A stretch of 58,889 bases of DNA, the filler included. It is 7 parts of 7 records of this genome, joined end to end, with 100 filler letters (N's around TTAATTAATTAA, not from the genome) between each part and the next. Parts side by side here need not be neighbours in the genome. Positions count along the whole stretch, not along the records: positions 1 to 11,970 come from SRR31147125_50817; positions 12,071 to 25,437 come from SRR31147125_50841; 5 more parts are not named here. One strand, written 5' to 3'. Under the pieces are notes generated by a model. It had not been told where the DNA came from, did no database searches, and was given only the letters and a program-made list of their open reading frames with translations. Below, in pieces: positions 1 to 12,071 of this stretch (the stretch's first letter is position 1; every line of letters begins with the position of its first letter). Made by a program: the position numbers and the translations under genes.

Positions 1-34
1 TTTTTTTATCTTTTTTTACTGGTGGGATTGGAAA

Positions 35-1336
35 ATGATTAGTTTTTTGAAGAGTTATTTTGAGTTTGAGAAGCATAATACGAATTTTCGCAAAGAGACT
101 CTGGCTGGTCTGACAACATTTGTGACAATGGTATATGTACTTGCTGTTGCTCCGGGTATGCTTTCGGCTGCGGGAATGGATAAAGGCGCTGTCTTTACTG
201 CGACTGCAATCGGTGCTTTCCTTGGTACTTCAATAATGGCGTTTGTTGCTAAGTTGCCTGTTGCGCTTGCGCCGGGGATTGGGCTGCTTGCTTTTTTCAG
301 CTATACTGTCTGTCTGACACTCGGGTATAGCTGGCAGTTTGCACTTACCGCTGTATTTATTGAAGGTATCCTCTTTGCTTTGATGTCTCTACTGAATATC
401 AGAGAAATAATCTTCAATGCTATTCCTGCATCACTCAAATTTGCTATCTCGGTAGGTATCGGGCTCTTTATTACATTTATCGGTCTGCAGAGCTCGGGTA
501 TTGTTGTAGATAGCCCAGCAACACTTGTAAGTCTTGGAGATCTGCATAGTCCGGGTGTTATTGTTACTCTTATCGGGCTGGTTGTTACTGGCATGATGCT
601 TATCTGGAAAATTCCGGCTGCTATTCTGCTCGGTATTATCTTCTCTACAGTCATCGGTATCTTCCTTGGTGTAACTACACTTCCAGAAGGTTCTATCTTT
701 TCACTGCCACCTGATATTTCGCCGATTTTCTTCAAATTTGAATGGGGCAGCATCTTTACTCTTGATATGCTGGCTCTACTTATAACATTCCTATTCGTGG
801 ATGTCTTTGATACTATCGGTTCGCTTATCGGGGTTACTTCTAAGGCGAACCTGCTGAGCAAAGAAGGTAAGCTGCCTGCGATCAAGGAAGCTCTCCTTAG
901 TGACTCACTTGCAACAATATTTGGAGCGATCCTAGGTACATCAACTGTTACTGCATATATTGAGAGTGCTTCAGGTGTGAGTGCTGGTGGTAAGAGTGGT
1001 TTTACTGCTGTAATTATTGCGCTTCTCTTCCTGCTTGCTCTCTTTATCAGCCCGCTCTTCCTTATTATTCCGAGTGCATCTACTGCGGCTGCTCTTATTC
1101 TGGTAGGTCTATTTATGATGGCGCCGATTGTTGAGATTGACTTCCATGATTTCACAGAAGCTATCCCTGCTTTCCTTACAATTGTGCTTATCCCGCTTAC
1201 ATATAGTATTGCAGATGGTATTGCTGTCGGCTTTATCTCTTATGTTCTGCTCAACCTGCTTACAGGAAACCACAAGCATCTTACTACAGCAATGTATGTG
1301 CTTACAGTTGTTTTCTCATTGAAATTATTCCTCTAA
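35..1336 (+). CDS. NCS2 family (AzgA-like) purine permease
   Basis: 433-aa multi-TM protein with family motifs E..AGLTTFVTMVY, PVALAPGIGL, LFVDVFDTIG, TAYIESASG, PLTYSIADG. Confidence 0.93.
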   Translation: MISFLKSYFEFEKHNTNFRKETLAGLTTFVTMVYVLAVAPGMLSAAGMDKGAVFTATAIGAFLGTSIMAFVAKLPVALAPGIGLLAFFSYTVCLTLGYSWQFALTAVFIEGILFALMSLLNIREIIFNAIPASLKFAISVGIGLFITFIGLQSSGIVVDSPATLVSLGDLHSPGVIVTLIGLVVTGMMLIWKIPAAILLGIIFSTVIGIFLGVTTLPEGSIFSLPPDISPIFFKFEWGSIFTLDMLALLITFLFVDVFDTIGSLIGVTSKANLLSKEGKLPAIKEALLSDSLATIFGAILGTSTVTAYIESASGVSAGGKSGFTAVIIALLFLLALFISPLFLIIPSASTAAALILVGLFMMAPIVEIDFHDFTEAIPAFLTIVLIPLTYSIADGIAVGFISYVLLNLLTGNHKHLTTAMYVLTVVFSLKLFL

Positions 1337-1375
1337 ATGGGAGTGATTTGAGAAAATATCTTATGGTGTCATAAT

Positions 1376-1407
1376 ATTAAACCCCGCTTATTAAAGCGGG
1401 GTTTAAT
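1376..1407. terminator. bidirectional intrinsic terminator
   Basis: Perfect 14-bp inverted repeat ATTAAACCCCGCTT-ATTA-AAGCGGGGTTTAAT between two convergent genes. Confidence 0.85.
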
Positions 1408-1447
1408 TGTTTCTGTAAAACAGTCCCGTGGAGGGGGAGGAGGGGTA

Positions 1448-3388
1448 TTAAGATGTTTCTGCATTTTCCTGTCGATACAGGTTGAGTGCTGCTGTGTAAC
1501 TTTCAACACCTGTGGCAGTTAAAAAGCCGGCAAGAGCTGTGTCGAATGCAGTGTTGTAGCTGTCCAGCAGGCTTTGAGGTTCGTTATTCTGCAGAGCGCT
1601 TATCTGGCGGTCGCTGTAATACTCCATGCTGGTAATTGCCTGATCCATACCGCCACGCTGATCTAGAATAGTATTATAAAATTCTTCGCCATACTCTACT
1701 GGGACACTGCCATTTTTCTCCAGAAAAACATTTTTGAAGGCATTATTAATGATATTGAGGTTTGATACGACTGCATCTGTATCATTGAGCAACTCGAGTG
1801 CTTTGTTGATATATGGCATGGCAGAATCAAATTCCTCTTTGATCTTCTCTTTGCTATAGCCAGAGCTATCCATTTCATAGATAGTATTTTCAAATTTGCT
1901 GATTGCTATGCGGACATCTTCCTGCGCATCTGAATCAAGTGGAATACCGGTATAATTCTTGCGGATAACCGTATATAACTCTCCTTGCACGCCGTCTTCA
2001 GGTGCGATTTCGCTTTCAGTAGCATCATCTGGCAGTTCGTTGAGCTTACTGCTGATAAAGTCTTCTACTGGTATCGGTTCATAGCCGCTGAAGAAGCTGT
2101 CAATCAGTCCTCTCATCCTTTCCAGTTTTGCTTCCCAGATAGGATCAGCCTCAGTACTGCCTGCATCAAGTGGGTTTTCATCATTATATACATCCATCTC
2201 TGTCTTGAGCGCTTTTATCTTGTCAAGATAAGTATCAATATTGCCGCGCATGGAGAATAGTTCTGCGTTTATTTCACTGTCGCCGGTATCAAGGATGCTG
2301 TAATTACTGCCAGTAAAAGCCGCGTCAAAGATAACATCAATTGACTTGAAGATGCTTTCAACTGTTGTTGGTTCTTCCAGCAGAGTTGTCAGTTCTGCAA
2401 TGTACGGCATTGCGGTATCAAAGTAATCTTTTTTATCGGCTAGTGATTCCTGCTCAGACATCCTGGTGTTGAAATCTATTATAAGATCTTTGAAGTCTGT
2501 CTCAGGCTGGCTGCCATATTCCAGTCCAGTTTTATTTTCTGTCAGGATATTGAATAATGCTTTTATTACAGTGTCATCCTCAATATGATATGGGGATTCC
2601 TCTTCTGCAGTGTTGTCTGTGTCACTACCGGAGGTGCTGTCAGTAGAGTCAGTGTTATCAGTACTATCGGTGTTGTCGGTTGAATCAGTATTATTGCCGC
2701 TGTCTGTATTATCTGTAGAGTCAGTATTATTACTGGTATTATCATCTACTGTTGTTTCTGAGGGAAGTTCGATTATCTTTGAAAAACCGAAGTTTTTAAA
2801 CTCTTCAAATCCTGGAAGGTCAGAGATTGCATTATTAGCGGTCCAGTTGTCTGGTGTGGCATTGGCTTTTTCTGTGTGGTATTTCTCTGAAGTGACTATT
2901 TCCTGATGCATGACATCTACTACAAGTCCGCTCTCAAGCTTGTATCTGCCGGAGTTGTTTTCCCCATAATAATCTTGGTTATTATATTGGCTGAAAGCAC
3001 TGATACGGGCAAATATTGTTGACATTTCAGTTATTTCACTGGCTGAAAGTTCGGCTGTGGTAAATCCGGCATCTTTTAATTTATTATATTCTGTGCTTAT
3101 GGCATTGCTGATATTCTCGGGATCATCAAAGTATTTGTCAGCCCTTGGGTCGGCTGAGTCATTGATATAGTTCTTACTGTTGAGAGAGAAAGAGAAGGTC
3201 TCTTCGCTTTTTGTGTGTATCTCAATTGAAAGCATGCTGTTGGCAGATGATACTGTGGCGGCTTCTGTTGACTCGGTCAGGCTTTTGGTAAAAGAATCAA
3301 GAAAGACAGCACCATTATTTGTACCGATCTGTGAAGAGCTGGTATAATATGTCTGGCGATTCTCGCCGGTTGCGGTAGTAGAAAGCAT
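1448..3388 (-). CDS. acidic hypothetical protein with low-complexity linker and internal domain duplication
   Basis: 646-aa ORF with AGGGG RBS; D/E/S/T-rich; two related segments FDTAMPYI..RGNID and FDSAMPYI..RGGMD. Confidence 0.85.
   Translation of the reverse strand: MLSTTATGENRQTYYTSSSQIGTNNGAVFLDSFTKSLTESTEAATVSSANSMLSIEIHTKSEETFSFSLNSKNYINDSADPRADKYFDDPENISNAISTEYNKLKDAGFTTAELSASEITEMSTIFARISAFSQYNNQDYYGENNSGRYKLESGLVVDVMHQEIVTSEKYHTEKANATPDNWTANNAISDLPGFEEFKNFGFSKIIELPSETTVDDNTSNNTDSTDNTDSGNNTDSTDNTDSTDNTDSTDSTSGSDTDNTAEEESPYHIEDDTVIKALFNILTENKTGLEYGSQPETDFKDLIIDFNTRMSEQESLADKKDYFDTAMPYIAELTTLLEEPTTVESIFKSIDVIFDAAFTGSNYSILDTGDSEINAELFSMRGNIDTYLDKIKALKTEMDVYNDENPLDAGSTEADPIWEAKLERMRGLIDSFFSGYEPIPVEDFISSKLNELPDDATESEIAPEDGVQGELYTVIRKNYTGIPLDSDAQEDVRIAISKFENTIYEMDSSGYSKEKIKEEFDSAMPYINKALELLNDTDAVVSNLNIINNAFKNVFLEKNGSVPVEYGEEFYNTILDQRGGMDQAITSMEYYSDRQISALQNNEPQSLLDSYNTAFDTALAGFLTATGVESYTAALNLYRQENAETS
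2612..2745 (-). repeat. degenerate coding repeats (TDS/TDN tripeptides)
   Basis: Peptide DDNTSNNTDSTDNTDSGNNTDSTDNTDSTDNTDSTDSTSGSDTDNT, with synonymous variation between copies. Confidence 0.8.
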
Positions 3389-3430
3389 GTAATCCCCTGT
3401 AAAAACAATAAATGATCTCGCAGGGATTTT

Positions 3431-3446
3431 AGCAATTTTGATGCCA
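3431..3446 (-). promoter_or_regulatory. sigma54 (-24/-12) promoter
   Basis: Minus strand TGGCATCAAAATTGCT: GG-N10-GC matching TGGCAC-N5-TTGC, about 40 nt upstream of the ATG at 3388. Confidence 0.7.
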
Positions 3447-3644
3447 GTTTGCAGGAGTTCGTGCAGATATCTGCCAGCAATGAAATCATATGGGTGATTT
3501 CATTGCTGTATATAGGAAGTAGAATGGTATTATATAAAATTTTTCTGGAAAATTGTAGAATAATAGCTTCTTACTCTATGTGTTTCCTGATGATTCGTAA
3601 TGTTCTGGCAGATATTTCCGGCAGAAACCTCGATTTCGGCTGTT

Positions 3645-5231
3645 TTATATATTATCGTCTAGTAGCGATATAATGATTTTGTGTTTGAGCGGCTTGGCAA
3701 TAAATTCTCTTATGCCGAGCTTATTCAAAGTTTCCAGTTTAGAAATATCGTTGGTGCCGTAACTTGTTATTACATATATTATAAGTTCCGGATTGTCAGT
3801 CAGGAGTTTTCTGATGATTTTTTCATCGTCCTGGGCGGCAAGAAAGTAATCAATAAATATAGTCTTTATCTCGTTGCTGTGTTCTGAATATGTGAGCCAG
3901 GCTTCAGTATTATCAATGGTTGTAATTACAGATCTGGAAGGAGTACTTATGATGTCTTCCAGCAGGATACGGTTGAGTTTATTATCATCAATTACCAGAA
4001 TCGTCTCCATTTCTGTCTCTTGAGATTGCTCAATGTTTATACTCTGGGTTTCAGCACTTTTTTTCTCACTTGGAAGGATAATTGAGACTGTAGTGCCTTT
4101 TTCAAACTGGCTGTCAATTTTGATTTTACCGTTATGGTTTTCTATAATCCCGTAGACTGCAGCAAGGCTCATCCCTGCACCGAGACTCAAGTCTTTGGTT
4201 GTGAAGAATGGGTCAAAAATTTTATCCAGATTTTCCTTTTCGATACCACCTCCTGTATCTGTGATTGTTATATTGAGGTAATTCCTGCTTGTGTTTGTTG
4301 TCGCAAAGTATACAGGATCTTCGCCGTCTATTACCTCATCTTCAAGAAGAAAAGTCAAGGTGGCATTACTCTTGTCAGTCATTGAGTCGAGTGAATTGTT
4401 GACTATTTCCTGAATAACGTTTTCAATCTGCATATAATCACCCAGAACAACAGGGTTGGCAGCTTTGAATTCCTTTATAATTTTAACTTCAGGGTGATCG
4501 TGCTGGAGAAGTTTCTCAATTGTGTTGATAATCAATTCAACATTAATTTTGCTATTTAGATATTTTCCCTTGCCGGCAAAAGCAAGAAGTTTGCTGGTAA
4601 GTTTTGAGCAACGCTGGCCACACTGAATAATCAGATCGGAGAGTTTATGAATTTTTTTATCTTCTGTCTTATCTTTTATCAGATCAGAAAATCCGATAAT
4701 ACCATTGAGCTGGTTATTGAAGTCATGAGCAATCCCTCCTGCAAGCAGGCTGAGAGATTCTATCTTCTGTGCTTTTACCAAGCGCTGCTGAGTTTCGTTC
4801 AGTTCTTCCTGCTTGAAGATAAAGCGTAGCTGATTATAAATTCTTGCCAGTAGAGTTACACTTGAGAAAGGCTTGGTGATATAATCATATCCTCCAGCGT
4901 CAAAACTGGTAAAGAGAGTTTCATCATCTGTTTTGGCTGTGAGAAAAATTACTGGGATATGAGCTGTCTCATCTTTGTCCTTGAGTATTTTACATGTTTC
5001 TATACCATCAAGATCAGGCATCATGATATCAAGAAGTATCAGGTCGGGTTTTTCCTGTTCAGCGATATTTATGCAGTCTTTTCCTGACTGGGCATAAAGT
5101 AGTACAAATCCTTCCGGTGCAAGAATAGATGCAACAATTTCAATGTTAGCTGAAACATCATCGACTATCAGGATTTTCGCCCGTCTCTTGGTGTCGCTTT
5201 TTATCTTGTTGAATTTAAGTCTATTTATCAT
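3645..5231 (-). CDS. hybrid histidine kinase (REC-HisKA-HATPase-REC)
   Basis: N-terminal REC ([22 protein letters not shown]); H-box [15 protein letters not shown] and [10 protein letters not shown]-terminal REC. Confidence 0.92.
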   Translation of the reverse strand: MINRLKFNKIKSDTKRRAKILIVDDVSANIEIVASILAPEGFVLLYAQSGKDCINIAEQEKPDLILLDIMMPDLDGIETCKILKDKDETAHIPVIFLTAKTDDETLFTSFDAGGYDYITKPFSSVTLLARIYNQLRFIFKQEELNETQQRLVKAQKIESLSLLAGGIAHDFNNQLNGIIGFSDLIKDKTEDKKIHKLSDLIIQCGQRCSKLTSKLLAFAGKGKYLNSKINVELIINTIEKLLQHDHPEVKIIKEFKAANPVVLGDYMQIENVIQEIVNNSLDSMTDKSNATLTFLLEDEVIDGEDPVYFATTNTSRNYLNITITDTGGGIEKENLDKIFDPFFTTKDLSLGAGMSLAAVYGIIENHNGKIKIDSQFEKGTTVSIILPSEKKSAETQSINIEQSQETEMETILVIDDNKLNRILLEDIISTPSRSVITTIDNTEAWLTYSEHSNEIKTIFIDYFLAAQDDEKIIRKLLTDNPELIIYVITSYGTNDISKLETLNKLGIREFIAKPLKHKIIISLLDDNI

Positions 5232-8200
5232 TATTATCCCTGTCAGGTAAAAATAGTTTTATCGTTTTCATGATATCTGGAAGTTTGAAGGTTGCTATGT
5301 AGTGTTCCAGTTTTTTTGCAATGACTGTTAAGTTATTATCGCCGATTTTTTCAGCAAAAGCAATAAACTCTTTGGCTATTTTTTCTGCTTCCTCAAGTAT
5401 CATCCCGTGCTGCAGTGATTTAAACTTGTCTTTGAATTTTTCATATACTGCGTTCTTGATCTCATCAGAGACTATGAGTTTTGTTTCATCTTCACGCAGG
5501 AAGGTGCGGGTTTTGCGCTTTTCCTTTTGAGGAAGGTATTTTTCCAGTATAGTGGTGAAATCTTCAAGTGTAAGCGGGATTACAGCTATTTCATCATACA
5601 GCATAATGTTAAAGATTTCTTCAGGTCTGGGATTACTGGTTATGGCAATTATTGGTAAATCGTCATACAGCGGGTTTGCTCTTATTCTTTCTGGTAGAGT
5701 ATTTGCATCCGCTGCTGTGCGGGTTAATGCATTGATCACAATATCGTATTTGTCAGTGCCTAGTCTTTCAGTTGCTTCATCAACGGAATTCACATTGGTA
5801 TAAGTCAGGTTGAGTTTATTCAGAACATTATCGATTATGTTCAATTCCTGGTGTTGTCTGGAAATAACTACCAGGATATTAGCAGGGTTGAAAATAACCA
5901 GTTCTTTCTGAGTATTCTCTATTTGTTTAACAACTTCTTCTCCTGCTTTGAGCTTATGGATAACTATAGTAAACTTACTACCTTTATTAGGAGTACTGTT
6001 GAGTTGTATTTCACCATTCATAAGCTCTACCAGACTTTTGAAATACTGAGTCCTAGTCCTGAACCCTGATATTTTCGATTACTATTGCTTTCTACTTGTT
6101 CAAATGAATGGAATATTTTCTTCTGTTCTGCAGGGCTGATACCTATACCAGTATCAGAAACAGAAATATTCAGATCATATTCTGTATGACCTTTCTCAGA
6201 AAATTCTCTTACTGTTGTTTCAATGTCTATATTGCCTTTCTGTGTAAATTTGACCGCATTGCCAATTATGTTGATTAGAACCTGTCTAAGTCTGTCATTA
6301 TCCAGAATAAGAGGTGGAATATTCATTTCATTTTTGAAGTTAAGATCAATTTTTTTACTCTTCGCTTTTGCACTGAAAAGAGAATTCATATCTTGAAGTA
6401 AATCGCCTATTCTTGTTGTGTTGTTATTGAGAGCTAGTTTATTTGCTTCCAGACGTGAGAAATCAAGCACATTATTGATCAGGCTTAAGAGGCCTTTGGC
6501 AGCTGTATTGATAGAGTGTGCATAAGAACCTGAATTGGTTCCGAGTTCTTCATACTGCAGAAGGTCAGAGAAGCCGATTATGGCATTGAGCGGTGTACGG
6601 ATTTCATGAGTCATGGTAGAGAGAAATGTACTCTTTGCCTTATTAGCTGTTTCTGCTCTCTGATAGGCTTCTTTCAGGTTGGTCTCAATCTCCTTCATTT
6701 TAGAGATGTCAGAGAATGTCTTTACAAAGTGGGTAATTGAATTATCTTTGTCGCGGATAATATTGGTTGAGGCAAGGAGTTCCTTGTTTTTGTAAGTTAT
6801 CGATTCAACATAGGCATTTTTATTAATATTATTTAAGTGGTTAATCTGGCACTTTTCGCAGATATCCTTCTCTGTATGAAATACCTCATAACAGGCTTTA
6901 CCAATAATCTTTTCCGGATTACATTCAAACATATCTCTGGTAGCTTCATTTACCCAGATAATTTTGTGTTTATTATTGAGATAGGCAACAGATTCCTTGA
7001 TGCTGCCGAGAATAATGCGTTTTTGTTCTTCACTTGCTTTGAGCTCTTTCTGGATGTGGTACAACTCTGTTATATCAAGTACTGCTCCACTGCTATGAAT
7101 CCAGTTACTTGATTGATCATAGGTATTGCTGATAAATATTTTGAGAGTCTTAGTCTTATTATCTTTTGAAATATGTAATTCCTGCTCATAATTGTCAATA
7201 TAAGTGTTTGTTGATGATTCAAAGAAGTTATTGAATTTGTTTTTATCCTGAAAACCGACATTGATAAATAATTCATCAAATAAAATATTATCAGTAATAT
7301 TATTGTCGAGCATGAACATGTCTGCGACTTTTTCATCGCAGCTCAGCTTACTGGTATCAGGGAAGTACTCCAGATATGCCAGCTTGGCAAGATTGTAAGC
7401 CTGTTCTATCTTTTCATTGGCTATCTGCTTCTCTTTTTCAGATTCAATTGCATTGGTTACATCAATTCTTACACCGAAGATTCGGGTAAGGTCTCCTCTA
7501 CTGTCTTTTTCGCTCAGAATATCTGCACGTTTATAGCGTATTTGCTCGTCTGTATATATTTTATAGTTTATGGTAAAACGATGGATTTTCTTGTCCATCA
7601 GTTCCTGCCAGTTGTCACTGATTGTTTCCATATCGCTCTCAACTACATTGAGAAATATGTCTTTGAGGTTGAAAGTCTTCTCGGTAATATACAGGCAGGA
7701 CTCTTCATTGCCGCTACTGACAAGGATTTTATTGTGTTTTATATCATAGGTGAAGTATGTGACTCCGGCAAGACTGATCGCATTGCTTAGTAGTGTCTTG
7801 GTCTGGCTCAGTTGGCGCTTATAGATTGCTTCAGCTCTGATATCTTTAAAGATCAGGACAACACCGATAAGGTTGTCGTTATCCGGTTCTTTGATTGGTG
7901 TGGCTGTGGCATTGATAGGTATTTCGTGATAGTAATTGTTTATCAGGGTTATATTCTGCTGCAGGCTTAAAGCTTTGTTGGTTTGCAGAACTGTCTGTAT
8001 AGGGTCTGGAAATTCTTCGCCCGAAGTGGAGCTGTAGAGGGTAAACAGATTATTGGTATAATGCCCGACAACATCTTTTTCTTTGACATTAAGCAGTTCT
8101 TCTGCAACTGAGTTCATCTGCATGATCATTCCGGTGACATCAGTAGCAATCATGCCTTCACCGATTGAATGCATTGTTGCATTGAGCCATGATTTTTCTT

Positions 8201-10849
8201 TACGTAATGCTATCTCAGACAGATTGAGTTTTTTAAGTGCTTTTCTGGTAGTATAACCCCATAAGAGCAGCAGAATAATTATAAGAATAATTATAGCAGG
8301 AATGATAGTGTTAAGTATCATATCAAGTGTAAGCTTGCTTTTGTCAATGTAGGTGTGCTGTGTTATAATATCTGAAATTCTGCTTTGTGGTATAGTAACA
8401 ATAATTTTATTGAGTATCTCCAGCAGTATTTTATTCTTAGGAGTGTTGAGCATGCTTATTGCAAAATTTAGTTTAAAATTGGATAGGATTTTGCTATGCA
8501 TATTCTTGTATTTTGGTGTGTCAAGTATACGGCTTGCTGAGATACTGCCGAGTATTGCAATGTCGCATATATTTTGGTTTATCATTTCAACTGCATCAAC
8601 TGCAGATTCTGTAAGTATAATAGTATTGTGTGGAAGCGCTTTTTTAAAAAGTAATAATAAGTTATATATGTACTTGGAACGGCAATTACGACATCAGTAT
8701 TATTCAGGTATACGTCCTTCTTCTTGGTTACAGATATAGCAGATAATTGTAGGTAAGGCAGGGTATAGAGAAGGTTTTTGCGTGCTGTCTGCTGCAAAAT
8801 CTAGAAAATCAAGATTATTGTTAAGCAATAGATTGACCTTGTTGGCGTGCATGTTTGAATTTTTGAATGTTATAGAAGAATCTGTTCGGTCAACAATAAG
8901 TCGCATTATATCAGGAATGGCGCCACTGGCAATGCCGTCCTGCCAGCTTTCCATGCCATCCCATTGAGTCAGGGTGTTTGTTGTAAAAGAGTTTTTTTGG
9001 GCTAGGTACTGCTTTTCTATAGGTGTAAAGATAGGGTATGACTTGATGTCTTTACTTAGAAGTGGGGAAAATAATTCATAAATAGTTTTGAAGGATAGTT
9101 TTTCCATCCCATAATTTATGGTCTTGGTTAGACTGGTAATAGCTTTTCTTGATTGTAACTTCTGATCAAAATGGATACCAAGGTTGATCTTGGTCGAACA
9201 GAAATTATTATGAATGAAGCTATTACTTAGCCCACGCTCTTTCAGCAGGTATTTAGCAACGAGATCTTCCATAAAGAAAAAATCAAATTTATTGGTTTCT
9301 ATATCATTGAAAAGAGCCTTGCTGTCTTTGTAGGAGACCAGCATGACTTCAGGAATCTTGTCTTTAAGAAATTTCTTGAAGGAATCATTGTCTACCAGAG
9401 CAATGCGTTTATTGCTCAGATTCTTCCAGTCTGAGATATTGGCGGCATTATTTGGTTTGTATATTGAAGCGGTGGAAATAAGGAATTTATAGCCTTGCTC
9501 CTGCTGATTGCTGTAAAGTATCCTGCTTTGTCCGACTGTTACAGTATAATTGTTTTGTTCATAAAGGTTGGCTTCTTCAGTTGTATTTAGTGAATTTATA
9601 TTTTTGAAATTAATAGGAATATTACTTTTCTCAGACCATAGTTTCCAGATTTTTGCAAGAACTCCATGAATATTTCCTGCTTTATCATCAAATATTAGAG
9701 GCGGTCTTTCACGGTACAGTATATTAAGAATGTGGCTTTTTTTGTTAGGCTTACCAAAGGAGTTTTTGGGGCGATTGAGATAGATTGTGTCGTTCGGGAG
9801 GTCTTTGTAGTCTGAATTATAGGAGACCATCGCATTCCAGTTGAACATCGTGGTGTAGGTATTTATGTCATATTCTGGGAGGTTACTAATATTCACTTTT
9901 TTTATCAGGATAGAAAATATGATTGAATTGATTATGTTGAGTACTGGGTTTATATCTTGAACAATACCTCCAAGTGCGCCAGATTTTATCGCTAGTTCGG
10001 AATTACTGAATACTGGAAATGGACTTGCCTGAGCGATTCTCTTAAAGAGTCTGCTGAGGTTGGGGTATTCTATGTCTTTTTTGTTATGAAGTGTTTCAAT
10101 AAAAACAACAGTGTTTTTAGGCAGGGTGTCTAGCTTTTTAATAATTCTGCTAACGCTGAGTTTGTCCTGATTGAAGTATATGGCTGAAATATTGGTGTTT
10201 AGATTTACATACTCTTTGATCATACTGAAGCGTTTTTTGTTGAGATTCTTGTCACTGGAAATGAAGGCAACATTTTCTGTGTCAGGGAATATCTTAAAAA
10301 TCAAATCAATGTTTTCCTTGATATAGTATTGATCTGAAATGTCTATCGTATTGGAGTCTGAATCACTGTGGGTGGTAGATGTGCCGAGAGTGATCAGTGG
10401 GGTATTGCCAAGAATATCATTGGCAGTACTCTTCTCAATAGTCTGCAGGGCAGCATCATCAATAGCTATTACAAGATCAAAAAAATCTGCGTTATATTGT
10501 TTAAGAAATATTTGCAGGCGATCGTTCCAGTAGGCGGGCTGGGGGATGCGGTGTGCATCAAGTCGGATAATATGTGTTTCAATAGGTATGTTTGAGTTAT
10601 TAAGCATTTCCAGTAATTGTTGGGTGTAGGTGTCACTGCGGAAGTGTCCTTGATGAAACGAATCAATAATCAGTATGTTGTAGGTTTTTTTACTTTATTC
10701 TCTGTTGAAAGAGTGGTGTTTATGATTTCACTTTCAGAGAATGCGATCGCAGGGGTAGAAGCAGCACAGAAATATAAGACTATACAGAGGAATAATGTTA
10801 TATTATTTCTGACAGGTATAGATTTTAATATTTGTGAATCTGACTTCAT
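5221..10849 (-). CDS. very large sensor hybrid histidine kinase (periplasmic binding-protein domains, TM, PAS domains, HisKA-HATPase, degenerate REC), split by about four indels
   Basis: ATG at 10849 with a hydrophobic leader. Fragments 8700-10607, 8582-8797, 6027-8585 and 5221-6021 join into one protein: adding one A at 6036-6039 restores GLSISKSLVELMNGEI, and one A at 10685-10691 restores KKTYNILIIDSFHQG. H-box STMTHEIRTPLN. Confidence 0.85.
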
Positions 10850-10912
10850 AATATATACTCCACGATTCAGACTGTTAAAGCCGATAAATGATGTTTTTAA
10901 ATATATAATAAT

Positions 10913-11970
10913 TCAGTTGTTGCACATTTTCAGTAGTTCGTCCTTGGTTATAATATTGATTCCCAGACTCTCTGCTTTGGTAAGTTTTGAGCCTGCGTTT
11001 GCTCCTGCTACCAGATAATCTGTGCTGCGCGAGACAGCAGAACCGACTTTTCCGCCTGCTGCTGTAATTATTTTTTTGGCTGCAGCTCTTCCCATATCTT
11101 CGAGTGTGCCGGTCAGGATAAAGGTTTTGCCTGCTGCCGGGCTGGATAGGTTCTCTGTCAGCAGGTCATTCTCGGTCTTTACCCCAGCTTTGATAAGTTC
11201 GCTCAGCAGTTGCTGATTTTTGGGGTTATCGAGGAAGCTCTTTATGGATTTAGCTACAACCTCTCCAAGAGTCCGTTTGACTTCTGAAGTACCCAGTTCG
11301 ATGGCTGAGAGTTCTGCTGCTGTTGCATCTATAATCTTTGTTGAGTCGTTTGTAAATGCTGCAGCAACTGCACTGCGCTTTTTCTCACCAAAACCGCTGA
11401 GATTGAGGTATTCCAGTTTCTTCTTGAGTGTCTTTCCAGGTTCACTGATAATCTTCTGTGCCCGCTCCTGCTGGAGGGTCTGATAGAGCAGGTTGGCTGA
11501 TTTCTTGCCAAGTGTCCTGTAGGATGAGGTCTCGCCGGCACTGAGGCTGGAGATATCTTCGACGCTTGCCTGCTGGAGGTTCTCAAGCGATTTGAAGTGT
11601 GCAGCTATAATATGAGCCGCTGTTGCGCCGAGTTGCTCGATTGCGAGGGCTGCCAGTAATTTTTCCAGTCCGATAGTTTTGGATTTTTCTATTGCCTGTA
11701 TAATATTTTCAGCATTTTTATATTCCGGAGGTGTATAACTGTTTCGCCCATTTGTAAGGAGAATTCTACTCCAGCGTTCTCGCAACTGAGTAATGCTTTC
11801 CTCTTGTAGACTTTCTGGAGTGATTGTGTTCTCTTTTTTACAAATATTCTCTATCAGTTTTTTCTGCTCTGTCTCTTCCCATAGTTCACAGAGGTCAGTA
11901 AATGTCAGTTTATAGATATCAGCAACACTTGCCAGTTTGCCGCGGGCAATGAGCTCGTCAATTACTGCAG
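10913..11970 (-). CDS. ligA: NAD-dependent DNA ligase, C-terminal part (HhH + BRCT), 5'-truncated by contig edge
   Basis: KNAENIIQAIEKSK, LLAALAIEQLGATAA, GEVVAKSIKSFL, BRCT GKTFILTGTL..KVGSAVSRSTDYLVAGANAGSKLTKAESLG. Confidence 0.92.
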
Positions 11971-12070
11971 NNNNNNNNNNNNNNNNNNNNNNNNNNNNNN
12001 NNNNNNNNNNNNNNTTAATTAATTAANNNNNNNNNNNNNNNNNNNNNNNNNNNNNNNNNNNNNNNNNNNN
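11971..12070. other. artificial contig spacer
   Basis: N44-TTAATTAATTAA-N44 (stops in all six frames). Confidence 0.98.
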
Positions 12071-12071
12071 G

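Noticed and set aside
301-1155. Long antisense ORFs (this one, 31308-31955, 52730-53362, 57539-58099 and similar)
   Set aside because: Shadows of well-supported genes on the opposite strand, with no motifs of their own.
2612-2745. CRISPR or non-coding tandem array
   Set aside because: Degenerate in-frame repeats encoding a low-complexity linker; no spacers, and no cas genes anywhere in the window.
6021-6040. Stop-codon reassignment or readthrough (TAG at 6027, TGA at 10670) in the large kinase
   Set aside because: The continuation is in a different frame; one-base homopolymer corrections restore conserved motifs.
11971-12070. Recurring TTAATTAATTAA flanked by Ns (six copies) as a biological repeat
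   Set aside because: Identical 100-nt synthetic linker with stops in all frames. ORFs containing X and any gene linkage across these spacers are artefacts.
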